A program made the translations under genes and the position numbers. Below the pieces are notes generated by a model. That model was not told the DNA's origin. It did not search any database and saw only the letters and a program-made list of their open reading frames with translations. Source: an uncultured Synergistaceae bacterium (GTDB lineage Bacteria > Synergistota > Synergistia > Synergistales > 79-D21). Taken from it: a DNA stretch of 64,000 bases. Within the stretch, counting starts at the first letter, position 1. Each line of letters begins with the position of its first letter. Below are positions 1-9,851 of the stretch, in pieces. The stretch covers positions 42,086 to 106,085 of the forward strand of contig CAZFSR010000007.1 of assembly GCA_964521575.1 (NCBI GenBank), given 5' to 3'.

Positions 1-723
1 GAAAGCAGGGGTTACGAGACTGTTCACGCCCATATCCACTCGATGTCACTCGAGGGGATCCATCTCGATATTCTCTTCCCGGGCGGAAAGGTTGCACGTG
101 AACTGCGGGTCCCCCTGACTGGCCGTTACAACCTCTACAACGTTCTCGCTTCTGCGGCGATTGCCCGCGGTTTGGGATTCGGAGAAGACGTGATCGGGCT
201 TGGGCTGGAGAAGGTGCCCCAGGTTCCAGGACGGCTTGAGCGGTATTTTTTTGGAAACGGCGTTTGCTGCCTCATCGATTACGCCCATAGCCCGGACGCA
301 CTCCGCAATGTCCTGATGACCGTCGGGGAACTTACAGGCGGAAAAATCTGGTCTGTTTTCGGCATGGGGGGGGAGCGGTACGCTCCAAACCGACCCCTGA
401 TGGGGGAAGTCGCATCGGATTTGGCCGACGAGCTCGTCATCACGATGGACAACCCGCGCGGCGAGGATCCGGCCTCGATCGCACGCCAAATAGAGGAAGG
501 CCTAAAGGATGGACGGCGGCTGAAAAACCACCGGGTCATTCTCGATCGTGCCGAGGCGATTCATTATGCCCTCGACAACGCCCGTGCGGGGGACATCGTC
601 CTTGTGTCGGGGAAAGGACCCGAACCGTACATCATTATAGGAAATAAGACCTTGCCCTACAGCGACAAGAGCACCGTGAGGAATTGGGCAGAAGCCCGAG
701 GACTGGAGTGGCCGGATGCGTAG
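1..723 (+). CDS. murE: UDP-N-acetylmuramoyl-L-alanyl-D-glutamate--2,6-diaminopimelate ligase MurE, 3' part (5' end outside window)
   Basis: Frame 1 is open from the window edge to TAG 721-723. C-terminal Mur-ligase motifs DYAHSPDAL, GMGGERYAPNRPLMG and DNPRGEDP. First gene of the mur/fts cluster. Confidence 0.9.
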   Translation, partial: ESRGYETVHAHIHSMSLEGIHLDILFPGGKVARELRVPLTGRYNLYNVLASAAIARGLGFGEDVIGLGLEKVPQVPGRLERYFFGNGVCCLIDYAHSPDALRNVLMTVGELTGGKIWSVFGMGGERYAPNRPLMGEVASDLADELVITMDNPRGEDPASIARQIEEGLKDGRRLKNHRVILDRAEAIHYALDNARAGDIVLVSGKGPEPYIIIGNKTLPYSDKSTVRNWAEARGLEWPDA

Positions 724-2110
724 GGAAAGACCGACTCTTTTCGAATCCGCTTCCTGGTGCGGAGGAAGACCGGAGGGGCCAGATATCCCGATTCCCGGGA
801 ACATTTGGACGGATAGCAGGGATGTCCGAAGCGGGGATGGTTTTGTCGCCCTTCCCGGAGAGCATGTTGACGGGCACCGCTTCGTGGGGGATGCCCTCTC
901 AAACGGCGCACGTCTCGTCATTGGCACCCTAGAAGGGCTTGCCCCTTGGAAAGACAGGATCAAGGAGGCCGGGGCATCCTGCCTCGCGGTCGAAAATGCC
1001 GAGAAGGCGCTTATCGAAGTAGCGGAAGCATATCTTGCGGAGGTTGCCCCGCGTGAGAAGGTCGCGGTGACCGGAAGTGTCGGTAAGACGACAACCCGGG
1101 AGTTGATCCGCTCTGCCCTCGATTCGGCGGTCCGTGTCCATGCGGCCAGGAGAAGCCACAATACTCTCGTAGGCTGTGCGCTGACTGTCCTGGGCATGCC
1201 GCCCGATACCGAGATCCTCGTGTTCGAGATGGGAACGAACCACCCCGGTGAGATCGCGGCGATTGTCGACCATTTCCCTCCCACGATCGCCATCATCACG
1301 GCGGTTGCCCCGGTCCATCTCGAAGGTTTCGGTACGCTGGACGGTGTTCTTTCCGCCAAGCTGGAGATCATTCCCAGGGAGGGCCTCCGCTTGTTGATTT
1401 TCAACGCAGATGACGACCGGTTGAGCCGTGCTCTGGAATCAGGGAGTCATCCATTCCGGATTGCGGGAGTCGGTTTCGGGAAAGGAAGCACTTTGCTTCT
1501 CACTGAGGCCTCCGAGGGCATGGATGGAAAACTTCGCTTGGGAGTGTCTTACGGAGGACAGAGCTGGACCTGCCAATCCTCCTTGACGGGAATCCACCAT
1601 GCCCACAACCTCGGTTTTGCAATCATGGTGGGCTTGGCCTTGAATATCTCGCCCGAAACCCTCTTGAAGGGGGTTTCGACAGTTGCCCCTCTAAAGGGGC
1701 GAGGAAGGTGGATCAGGGAAGGCAAGGTATATTTGCTTATCGACGAATCCTACAATGCGAACCCCTCTTCGGTTGCCGCCGCACTCAACGTACTCGGATC
1801 GCTTAGGGGGCCTGGCAAGCGATGGGCCATCCTCGGCGGAATGAAGGAACTCGGGGAAACTTCTGAGGAAATGCATCGAAAGATCCTGGAGAAGACGGGT
1901 TTCCTTGACGGGTTGGTCCTCGTCGGAGAGGAGTGGAAGCAAATACAGGAAAACCGTGATCCTTACCGGGTTCCCTCATGGTGGGTGGAGGACGCTCAGG
2001 CCGCCTGTTTGCTCCTTGAGCAACTGATCGGGAAGGATGATACCGTCCTGGTCAAGGGATCCCGAAGTTATGGCCTAGAAGTTGTCGTGGAAAGGTTGTC
2101 CCGCGAATGA
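716..2110 (+). CDS. murF: UDP-N-acetylmuramoyl-tripeptide--D-alanyl-D-alanine ligase MurF
   Basis: 464-aa ORF whose ATG 716 overlaps the murE stop. P-loop TGSVGKTTT and DESYNANP motif. Position murE-murF-mraY. Confidence 0.93.
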   Translation: MRRERPTLFESASWCGGRPEGPDIPIPGNIWTDSRDVRSGDGFVALPGEHVDGHRFVGDALSNGARLVIGTLEGLAPWKDRIKEAGASCLAVENAEKALIEVAEAYLAEVAPREKVAVTGSVGKTTTRELIRSALDSAVRVHAARRSHNTLVGCALTVLGMPPDTEILVFEMGTNHPGEIAAIVDHFPPTIAIITAVAPVHLEGFGTLDGVLSAKLEIIPREGLRLLIFNADDDRLSRALESGSHPFRIAGVGFGKGSTLLLTEASEGMDGKLRLGVSYGGQSWTCQSSLTGIHHAHNLGFAIMVGLALNISPETLLKGVSTVAPLKGRGRWIREGKVYLLIDESYNANPSSVAAALNVLGSLRGPGKRWAILGGMKELGETSEEMHRKILEKTGFLDGLVLVGEEWKQIQENRDPYRVPSWWVEDAQAACLLLEQLIGKDDTVLVKGSRSYGLEVVVERLSRE

Positions 2111-3072
2111 AGACTTCCGTAGGATGGGGGCTTGCGGTCTTTTCCGCCTTAATCGTGGTTTTCCTGGAGGCCTACTGGATCCGGCTTGTTCGGAAGTGGG
2201 AAATCAGGCAGGTGGAGAAAGCGTACGGTCTTGCCAGCCATGTTGAGAGAAAGAGCGGGACTCCGACGATGGGGGGAGTGGTTTTCCCATTGGCCTGTTT
2301 TCTGGTTCTCGCCGCATCCGGGGGAAGTCGCCCGGTTTCGATCGCGGGAATTTGGGGCCTGCCTCTCGGCGCGTTTGCCGTCGGTTTCGCCGACGATTGG
2401 CTGAAGTTCTGCCGAACGTCAAGCGAAGGTCTCAAATCAATGGAAAAACTCGCTCTTCAGATCCTTGTCGCCGTTCCCTGGAGTGCTTATGTCGTATTAG
2501 TGGATCGGATTCCCCTTTTGCCGGGGCTTTCCCTTGCGCCACTTCCCGCGATAGGGATCCTGGCTTTCTTCTCCGTCGGGATGATGAATGCCGTGAATGT
2601 GACGGACGGACTGGATGGGCTTGCTGCAGGGGCATGCGGTATCAGTTTATTGGGCCTTGCCCTTCTTCCCGCGGCCCGCTCAGCGGAAATCGGGCCTGCG
2701 GCATGCATCGGTCTCGGGTTGTGTGCGGGATTTCTTTGGCATAATGCATACCCTGCGAAAGTCTTCATGGGGGATGGCGGATCGCACTTTCTCGGAGGAT
2801 TACTGGTCAGCCTTTGCGTAGCCGGAGGAGGACTGTTGCTTCTCATTCCGTTCGGTTTCCTGTTCGGGGTGGAGCTGGTGAGTGTAGCAGTTCAAATCTT
2901 CGCCATACGACGCTTCGGCCGCAAGGTGTTCAGAATGAGTCCTCTGCACCATCATTTCGAACTGCTGGGGTGGCCGGAAACACACGTGGTTGTCAGATTT
3001 TGGCTGTTTCATGCCGCCGGAATGATTGGAACTGGCTTTGTCCTGAAATCGGCTTTGGAATTATGGGGGTAA
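2107..3072 (+). CDS. mraY: phospho-N-acetylmuramoyl-pentapeptide transferase MraY
   Basis: Polytopic membrane ORF with ATGA overlap on the murF stop. Motifs NAVNVTDGLDGLA, MGDGGSHFLG and HHHFE. Confidence 0.95.
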   Translation: MKTSVGWGLAVFSALIVVFLEAYWIRLVRKWEIRQVEKAYGLASHVERKSGTPTMGGVVFPLACFLVLAASGGSRPVSIAGIWGLPLGAFAVGFADDWLKFCRTSSEGLKSMEKLALQILVAVPWSAYVVLVDRIPLLPGLSLAPLPAIGILAFFSVGMMNAVNVTDGLDGLAAGACGISLLGLALLPAARSAEIGPAACIGLGLCAGFLWHNAYPAKVFMGDGGSHFLGGLLVSLCVAGGGLLLLIPFGFLFGVELVSVAVQIFAIRRFGRKVFRMSPLHHHFELLGWPETHVVVRFWLFHAAGMIGTGFVLKSALELWG

Positions 3073-3076
3073 GCGG

Positions 3077-4468
3077 ATGCGAATCGAACGTTCCATCGAA
3101 GGACTCAAGATCGGTATTATCGGCTCCGGGTTGAGCGGGCTTTCCCTGGCTTCTTTGGCCAGGAGAAAGGGGGCTCGGGTGTTCGTTTCCGACTGCGGGG
3201 CGTTTCAGGAGAGTCGAGCGGAACAAATGGTTTCAATGGGATTTGATTTCGAGTTCGAAGGGCACGGGCCGCGACTTTGGGAGTCGGACCTGCTCGTCCT
3301 CAGTTCGGGAATTTCCCCTTCGGCTTTTCCGGTCATCGAAGCGGGAAAAAGAGGCATCCCGGTTGTCGGGGAGCTGGATTTCGTGGCTCCCTACCTGAGG
3401 GGCAGGCTCCTCGGCGTGACGGGCAGCAACGGAAAATCCACGACGACCGCACTTGTCGGACATCTGCTCCAGGGCCTGGGAGAAAAAGCGGCCGCGATCG
3501 GGAACATCGGCCGGCCGCTCGCAGATTATGCCGACGCGGATTTGGATTTCATCGTGATGGAACTCAGCAGCTTCCAGCTTCACTGGGCCAGCAGCCTTGC
3601 GGTGGAGGTCTCGATCGTCACGAATTTGGACCCGGACCATATTGATTGGCATGGATCTTACGAGAAGTACATCGAAGCGAAGGCCAATCTGCTCTCGATG
3701 CAAAAACCTGGGAGTTGGGCCATCGTGCAGGCAAGGGATCTCGATTTCTTCAGGAAAGTTCCTAACGTGAAGAAGCTCGCGCTCGGCTGGCAAACCGAGA
3801 AGGCGCAAACGCCGGACCGGATCGAAATGGGAGAATTCGAGGCGACCTCATGGCGTGACGGGGTGCCGAAACGCCTTTTTTCATATGAAAGCCTGCCGCT
3901 GCTCGGACGGCACAACCTTGAGAACGCCGCGATGGCGATGGCTGCGATCGAATTGCTCGGACTTGACGTTCGCGCAGCGGAGTCCCTTCTGGGAACGTTT
4001 TCGGCTCTGCCGCACCGTTGCGAGGCGGTTGCAACGATCAACGGGGTGTCCTATGTCGATGACTCGAAGGGAACCAATGTCGCAGCCGCCGTCACGGCGC
4101 TTGAGTCTCTTCCGCGGAAGAAAATCGTCATTCTGGGAGGCCAAGGGAAGGGAGAGACGTATGCACCTTTGGCGGAAGCAGTAAGAAGGACAGCACGACT
4201 TGCGCTCGTCATGGGTACGGAGCGCGAGAAGATCCAGGAAGCTCTCCAAAAAGCCGGGTTCGAGGGGATCATTCCGGTCAGGGACATGGAAGAAGCGGTC
4301 GAGAGAGCTCACAAAGAGGCTGTTGAGGGAGAGATGGTGCTGCTTTCACCGGCCTGCACAAGCTGGGATGCCTACCCAAATTACAAGGAGAGAGGGGAGC
4401 ACTTCAAAAGGCTGGTCCACGCGATCCGAGGAGGAGACGCACTTGGAGATTCTCCGGAACGGGCCTGA
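3077..4468 (+). CDS. murD: UDP-N-acetylmuramoylalanine--D-glutamate ligase MurD
   Basis: N-terminal GSGLSG Rossmann motif, P-loop TGSNGKSTT, and DDSKGTN. 463 aa, between mraY and ftsW. Confidence 0.94.
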   Translation: MRIERSIEGLKIGIIGSGLSGLSLASLARRKGARVFVSDCGAFQESRAEQMVSMGFDFEFEGHGPRLWESDLLVLSSGISPSAFPVIEAGKRGIPVVGELDFVAPYLRGRLLGVTGSNGKSTTTALVGHLLQGLGEKAAAIGNIGRPLADYADADLDFIVMELSSFQLHWASSLAVEVSIVTNLDPDHIDWHGSYEKYIEAKANLLSMQKPGSWAIVQARDLDFFRKVPNVKKLALGWQTEKAQTPDRIEMGEFEATSWRDGVPKRLFSYESLPLLGRHNLENAAMAMAAIELLGLDVRAAESLLGTFSALPHRCEAVATINGVSYVDDSKGTNVAAAVTALESLPRKKIVILGGQGKGETYAPLAEAVRRTARLALVMGTEREKIQEALQKAGFEGIIPVRDMEEAVERAHKEAVEGEMVLLSPACTSWDAYPNYKERGEHFKRLVHAIRGGDALGDSPERA

Positions 4469-4481
4469 TCCCAATTCCAGG

Positions 4482-5579
4482 ATGATCCGCGACGACGGCG
4501 GGGCCGATCCGCTTCTATGGCTGATTCCGCTTCTTTTGAGCGGTATCGGGGTCATCATGGTCAGTTCTTCCTCAAGCCCGATCTCAATGGCACGGTTTGG
4601 TTCGCCGCAGACTTTGGGGCTGAAACAGGCCCTTTGGCTCCTGATCGGGATGGGCAGCATGCTCGTGACCTACTCGATTCCGATCGAGACATGGAAAAAA
4701 CAAAGCGGACTCTTCTGGCTGTTCGCAGTGGGCTTTTGTTTCCTGCCTCTTCTTCCTGTCACGGGGATTTCGGCTGGCGGAGCCAGGCGCTGGGTCAACC
4801 TTGGGCTTGTCACGGTCCAATCGGCGGATATCCTGTTTTTTGCCTTCACGCTCCACGTCGGGCGAAAGCTCTACGAGAGCCGCGAGCGCGAAACCCCCAA
4901 GGGGGGCTTCATGAAGGCCTGCATCCTGGCGGCTGTTTCCGTTATTCCTCTTCTTTTGCAGCCGGATATGGGCAGCACGATCCTTGTCTTTGGCCTGGCG
5001 ATGGGGCTTTACATTCCACTTTATGGCTGGAGCCTTCCTTTGGTCTGCGGAGGCGGACTCTTTGCCCTCGGATTTCCCTACATCTTCACCCACGGCTACC
5101 GATTGAGGCGTTTGAAGGCTTTCCTAGACCCGTGGGAAGAACCACTCGGTAGCGGATTCCAGGCCATCCAGGGACTTGTTGCTTTTTCCAACGGGGGAAT
5201 TTGGGGCATGGGCTTGGGGCAAGGGCTCCAGAAACTCAAGTACCTGCCGGCTTCCCATACGGATTTTATCCTGGCTGCGATTGGTGAAGAATTGGGTTTG
5301 GCGGGAACGCTCTCTGTCCTTGCCCTTTTCGGATTCTGGTTTTATCGCCTTTTCGTGCTTTCCCGCCGCCTTGAGGGAACGTTCGAAGCCTGCATTGTCT
5401 GGGGCTTGTGCCTGAACGTTTTTTTCCAGATGGCGATCAACGTCGGAGGGGTGACGAAATTGATCCCCTTGACGGGGATGCCTCTTCCATTCCTGAGCTA
5501 CGGGGGAAGTTCCCTTGTGATGATGTGGGCACGGGTGGGACTTCTCCTGAGGATCAGCCGATGCCGCCGGTTGGCCTGA
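4482..5579 (+). CDS. ftsW: SEDS-family peptidoglycan glycosyltransferase FtsW
   Basis: Polytopic membrane protein with FtsW/RodA motifs (QPDMGS, SHTDFI, GMPLPFLSYGGSS). Start set at ATG 4482 because the longer ORF from 4200 runs inside murD. Sits between murD and murG. Confidence 0.88.
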   Translation: MIRDDGGADPLLWLIPLLLSGIGVIMVSSSSSPISMARFGSPQTLGLKQALWLLIGMGSMLVTYSIPIETWKKQSGLFWLFAVGFCFLPLLPVTGISAGGARRWVNLGLVTVQSADILFFAFTLHVGRKLYESRERETPKGGFMKACILAAVSVIPLLLQPDMGSTILVFGLAMGLYIPLYGWSLPLVCGGGLFALGFPYIFTHGYRLRRLKAFLDPWEEPLGSGFQAIQGLVAFSNGGIWGMGLGQGLQKLKYLPASHTDFILAAIGEELGLAGTLSVLALFGFWFYRLFVLSRRLEGTFEACIVWGLCLNVFFQMAINVGGVTKLIPLTGMPLPFLSYGGSSLVMMWARVGLLLRISRCRRLA

Positions 5580-6673
5580 CGCGCATTTTCCTGGTGGCGG
5601 GAGGAACGGGAGGACACATCTTACCGGCCGTTGCGTTCGGCCGGTGGCTGGCCGAGGCGGTTGATGGGGTGGAAATTGTGTATGTCTCCGGGAATCGGTG
5701 CCTTGAACAGGAGATATACGGGGTTTCCGGCGTGCACCCGGTCATCCTGCCTTGTGAGGGTTCTCCGATGGGAACCCGGGGAGGGGCCTCGGCAGCACGG
5801 TGGCTGCAAATCCTCAAAGCTTCGGGAGAAATGGTTCGTTTGCTCGGGCAAATGCGCCCCGAGGTTTGCGTACTCTTCGGTGGATATGTCTCATTTCCCG
5901 CTTTGGTTGCCGGAAAGCTGAAAGGGATCCGTATCCTGGTTCACGAGCAGAATGCGGTCGCAGGCCGAGTCACGAGATTGGCGGCGCGATTGGGAGCCAA
6001 GCTATTGACCGGTTGGAATGAATGCCACCCTTTTGGGAAGGACCGGTTCGTGAAGGTTGGAACACCGGTACGTGCCATGAGGCGTTTGCCTCGCCGGGAA
6101 GCTTGGAATAAACTTGACTTGGGTGAATTTCCCGGTGGGCGAAACTGCCTCGTTCTTGGCGGATCGTTGGGAAGCCTTTCTCTAGCCGAAAGGATGGAGG
6201 AAATTTCCCGGCTTCCAGATTTCGAAGGATGGAACTTCCTTGTCATGGGGAAGGAAACGGGGGATAATCACCTGTCGGATAGAGTCTGGGGGATACCGCG
6301 GCGTTGGGACATGGAAACGCTCTACTCCTTGGCGGATACCGCCGTTGTCAGGGGAGGCGCTTCGACCTTGTCCGAGCTGCGGGCCTGGGCGATTCCGGCC
6401 CTGGTTGTTCCCTGGCCGGACTCCCGGGACGATCATCAGTCAGCCAACGCGCGGGTCTTTTGCGAGGGCGGAAACGGATTGGTCTGGGATGAGGTTCGGG
6501 AAGGCAAGGCGGAGTTGGTGTCCAAGTTGCGTCAACTGGGGTCACCGGATTTTGCGGGGCAGTCGGGTCCTGCGTGTCCGGGAGTCGCGGCAGAGCAGAT
6601 CAATCGGAGCTTTTTTAGGGAAATCCTCAGGACTCTTGAAGGGAGAGACGGAAGTTGGATGGACTCAAACTGA
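5561..6673 (+). CDS. murG: undecaprenyldiphospho-muramoylpentapeptide beta-N-acetylglucosaminyltransferase MurG
   Basis: G-loop GGTGGHILPAVA and C-terminal RGGASTLSEL. Start taken at ATG 5561 (19-nt overlap with ftsW) instead of ORF start 5408. Confidence 0.9.
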   Translation: MPPVGLTRIFLVAGGTGGHILPAVAFGRWLAEAVDGVEIVYVSGNRCLEQEIYGVSGVHPVILPCEGSPMGTRGGASAARWLQILKASGEMVRLLGQMRPEVCVLFGGYVSFPALVAGKLKGIRILVHEQNAVAGRVTRLAARLGAKLLTGWNECHPFGKDRFVKVGTPVRAMRRLPRREAWNKLDLGEFPGGRNCLVLGGSLGSLSLAERMEEISRLPDFEGWNFLVMGKETGDNHLSDRVWGIPRRWDMETLYSLADTAVVRGGASTLSELRAWAIPALVVPWPDSRDDHQSANARVFCEGGNGLVWDEVREGKAELVSKLRQLGSPDFAGQSGPACPGVAAEQINRSFFREILRTLEGRDGSWMDSN

Positions 6674-8106
6674 GCCATGACAGGATCAGAAACGTCCACC
6701 TGCTTGGGATAGGCGGTTCAGGGATGAGCGGTTTGGCTGCGCTTCTTTCCGAACTCGGTTTCGAGGTCTCCGGGTGTGACATGGCTCACTCGTATTACAT
6801 GGAAAAACTGATTGCCAGAAGGGTGGATTGCGTGCTTGGACACGATCCCGCCCACCTGGACAGGTACAACCCCGATCTTCTGGTCTTCAGCAGCGCGATT
6901 CCTGAGCATAACGAGGAGTTGATAGAGGCCGCAAGACGGGGAATCCTCATCGCCAGGCGAGCAGAGGTCCTGAGCGCTCTCTTCAACGAGCGGTTCGGGG
7001 TGGGGATTGCGGGAACACACGGGAAAACGACCACCTCATCGATGACGGCCCTCATCCTTGACCGGGCAGGGTTAAAGCCGACCGTTGCGATCGGGGGAGA
7101 AATCTGTGACATCGGGGCGAACGCGCGTCTCGGAGCCGGGCTTCCCATGGTGGCTGAGCTTGACGAAAGCGACGGGTCATTCGAGCTTTTCAGGACGAAT
7201 GTTTCAGTCGTGACCAACGTGGACTGGGATCATGTCGATCACTACCGGACTCGTGAAGATGTCGAGCGGGCATTCGCCCGCTTCCTCGGAAATCGGAAAA
7301 AGGATTCGTCTGTTGTCATTTGCGGCGAAGATCCGGGAGCTGCCAGACTGATCGAACAGAGCCGCATCGAAGGCGACTCAACGGACTATACGACATACGG
7401 ATGGGGTGCGGCGTGGGATTGGGGGGCTTCCGACGTCATTCACATCCCCGGAGGCGGGGTGTCTTTCAGCGTCCTGCACCGTGGCAAGCTGAAAGGCACG
7501 ATCTCCCTGAAGGTTTCAGGAGACCATAATGTCCTCAATGCTCTGGCGGCCTGTGCCGCTTCCTCGTGCATGAACGTTCCCTTCGAAACAGCGAGCGAGG
7601 CCCTGAAAGCCTTCAAGGGAGCAAAAAGGCGCCTTCAATACATGGGTTCGGTGGGAGAAATCGAACTGTACGACGATTACGGCCATCATCCGAGGGAAGT
7701 CGCTGCAACCCTGCGAGCGGTCCGTTCGATCTTCCCGGGGCGCCGTATCGTCACTCTTTTCCAGCCTCATCGCTTTACCAGGACGGCCGCACTCTACAAG
7801 GAATTCGCCGAAGTCCTGACATTGGCGGATCGCCTTTTCCTTGTGCCTATTTACCCGGCAGATGAACAGCCGATACCGGGAGTCTGCTCGGATCTCATCG
7901 CCAGAACGATGTCCGAAAGGGGAGCAGGCCACGTGACCCTATGCAGGGACATCCCGGAAGCGGTCGAGAGAATTGGTAGGGAAGCCCGGCGCGATGACCT
8001 GGTCCTAACGCTGGGAGCCGGAAACGTAAACGCGGCATGCGAACAGCTCATGAGCCGCCTCGAACAGCAAGAGCCGGTTGCCGATGCCATGGCCTGCAGC
8101 GCTTGA
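6655..8106 (+). CDS. murC: UDP-N-acetylmuramate--L-alanine ligase MurC
   Basis: Motifs GIGGSGMSGLA, P-loop GTHGKTTTSSM and DDYGHHPRE. TTG start at 6655 follows GGGAGAG. Exact start uncertain. Confidence 0.92.
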   Translation: MDGLKLSHDRIRNVHLLGIGGSGMSGLAALLSELGFEVSGCDMAHSYYMEKLIARRVDCVLGHDPAHLDRYNPDLLVFSSAIPEHNEELIEAARRGILIARRAEVLSALFNERFGVGIAGTHGKTTTSSMTALILDRAGLKPTVAIGGEICDIGANARLGAGLPMVAELDESDGSFELFRTNVSVVTNVDWDHVDHYRTREDVERAFARFLGNRKKDSSVVICGEDPGAARLIEQSRIEGDSTDYTTYGWGAAWDWGASDVIHIPGGGVSFSVLHRGKLKGTISLKVSGDHNVLNALAACAASSCMNVPFETASEALKAFKGAKRRLQYMGSVGEIELYDDYGHHPREVAATLRAVRSIFPGRRIVTLFQPHRFTRTAALYKEFAEVLTLADRLFLVPIYPADEQPIPGVCSDLIARTMSERGAGHVTLCRDIPEAVERIGREARRDDLVLTLGAGNVNAACEQLMSRLEQQEPVADAMACSA

Positions 8107-9007
8107 ACGAAAACTGAATACCTCTCTTCAACCCGGCGTCCCTCTTGCCCCCCTGACGACCTGGAAGGCAGGAGGTGCGGCTGAGTTTTTTCTGGCCCCG
8201 CGCACAGCCCATGAGGCGCACGGGGCTTTTGCCTTTTGCCGGGCTGAGGGCGTTCCTGTTTGGAGGATTGGAGGCGGCAGCAATATTCTCGTCCATCCGT
8301 CTGGACTCCCGGGGCTAACCCTCTGGATGGGACAAATGAAGGACTTCTCGTGGAGGATGGGCGATCACGGGGGCCTCGTTGTTGAAGCTGACGCCGGTTG
8401 CCCGACCCGGCACTTGCTCAATTTTAGCCTTGTCCACGGGTTCTCGGGCCTGGAATTTGCAACCGGTATTCATGGGAGCATTGGAGGCGCCCTGATCTGC
8501 AACGCAGGAGCAGGGGAGGATTCCATTGGACAGAAAGTGGAGTGGATCGAATCGGTGGAGGGGGATGGCTCCTTCCGGCGCTGGGAATCGCGCGAGATCC
8601 ACTTCGGCTATCGGTCCAGCTCCCTGAGCGATGGAGAACGGTTAATCACGCGGTGCGGGCTCAAGCTCGAATCGGCAGAGAAGCCTCATGTCCGGGAGCG
8701 GGTTCTGGACTTCTGGGCGCTCCGGAAGGGGCAGCCTCATGGCGCAATGACTGCGGGTTGCGTGTTCAAAAATCCAGGAGGGGGAAAGGATCCCGCGGGA
8801 CTCCTCCTGGACCGTTCCGGCTGCAAGCGGCTTCGTGTCGGGAACGCGAGGGTTTCGCCGCTTCACGCGAATTTTGTTGAGAATACCGGTTCAGCGACAG
8901 CCAGCGACATTTGGGACCTCATTCGTGCCTGCAGGCAAAGGGTATACGATTCGAGCGGAATCTGGCTGGAACTGGAGGTGAATCTCCTCGGTGGCCCCTG
9001 GGAGTAA
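8078..9007 (+). CDS. murB: UDP-N-acetylenolpyruvoylglucosamine reductase MurB
   Basis: FAD-binding motifs TWKAGGAAEF and RIGGGSNILV, plus C-terminal GCVFKNP. Start is TTG 8078 or ATG 8084, overlapping the murC end. Confidence 0.9.
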   Translation: MPMPWPAALERKLNTSLQPGVPLAPLTTWKAGGAAEFFLAPRTAHEAHGAFAFCRAEGVPVWRIGGGSNILVHPSGLPGLTLWMGQMKDFSWRMGDHGGLVVEADAGCPTRHLLNFSLVHGFSGLEFATGIHGSIGGALICNAGAGEDSIGQKVEWIESVEGDGSFRRWESREIHFGYRSSSLSDGERLITRCGLKLESAEKPHVRERVLDFWALRKGQPHGAMTAGCVFKNPGGGKDPAGLLLDRSGCKRLRVGNARVSPLHANFVENTGSATASDIWDLIRACRQRVYDSSGIWLELEVNLLGGPWE

Positions 9008-9851
9008 GCGAAGCGGCCTGGGGCGGAAGTTCCTGTGGCTTGCCCTTTTTCTCGGTGTCCTCTGCGGAGCGGAGAGCCATTATCAACTCTTGCGCCTTGT
9101 CGAGTTGACCGTGGACCCTCCCGGAAGCTTACCCGAACCCGTCTTGTGGCGGTCGGTCGGAAGCCTTTCCAGGCGGTTCTGGATCATTCCCCTCCTGAGA
9201 AAGGACGCGATTGCCCGCGAACTCCAGGAGCGGTATCCCGCAGAAATAAGAGTCTCGATTACTGGATGGGGCCGAATCGGGATCTCTGTCCGCCCGCATG
9301 TCCCCTGGCTCCTTCTGGTTTACCAGGGGCAGGAATTCATTCTTTCACAGGACGGGACCATATGGCCCCGGTCGTTCTCGATGGAAGAAAGCGCCCTGAA
9401 AAGAAACGGAAACAAGCCGGATCAACTTCCGCGCTGGGAGTGGGACAACAGACTCCTGAACCCATTTAACGATCCAAGTCGGCGTCAATCCACCGTCCAG
9501 CCCTCCACGCTTCCCTTGGAGGACCTAAAGCAATGGAATGATGGATTGTCAAAGCAGGGGTGGTTCGGCAGGCAGCTTAAGGCGACGGTTTCCCTGCGTG
9601 GCGGGGTCAGGTACTTGAAAATCATTGCGCAAAGGAACAACCAAAGGATACAATTGGAATTGGGAGATAAAACGGAAGACTGGGAAACAATTTTTCCCGC
9701 GATACGAAAGATCCTGGCGGAACCGGAAAGGGCAGGAGAGGGAAACCTGCTCATCGATGCCACGTACGAAGGCAAGATCGTCGCAAGACATGTTCCTCCT
9801 GGCGGAACGGACGGCAAGCGGCTGAGGCCGGAAGGGAGCGAATCGAATTGA
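8991..9851 (+). CDS. ftsQ: cell division protein FtsQ/DivIB-like (single N-terminal TM helix)
   Basis: 286-aa ORF between murB and ftsA with one N-terminal hydrophobic helix (FLWLALFLGVLCG). Called mostly from conserved position and size. I did not recognise strong sequence motifs. Confidence 0.6.
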   Translation: MAPGSKRSGLGRKFLWLALFLGVLCGAESHYQLLRLVELTVDPPGSLPEPVLWRSVGSLSRRFWIIPLLRKDAIARELQERYPAEIRVSITGWGRIGISVRPHVPWLLLVYQGQEFILSQDGTIWPRSFSMEESALKRNGNKPDQLPRWEWDNRLLNPFNDPSRRQSTVQPSTLPLEDLKQWNDGLSKQGWFGRQLKATVSLRGGVRYLKIIAQRNNQRIQLELGDKTEDWETIFPAIRKILAEPERAGEGNLLIDATYEGKIVARHVPPGGTDGKRLRPEGSESN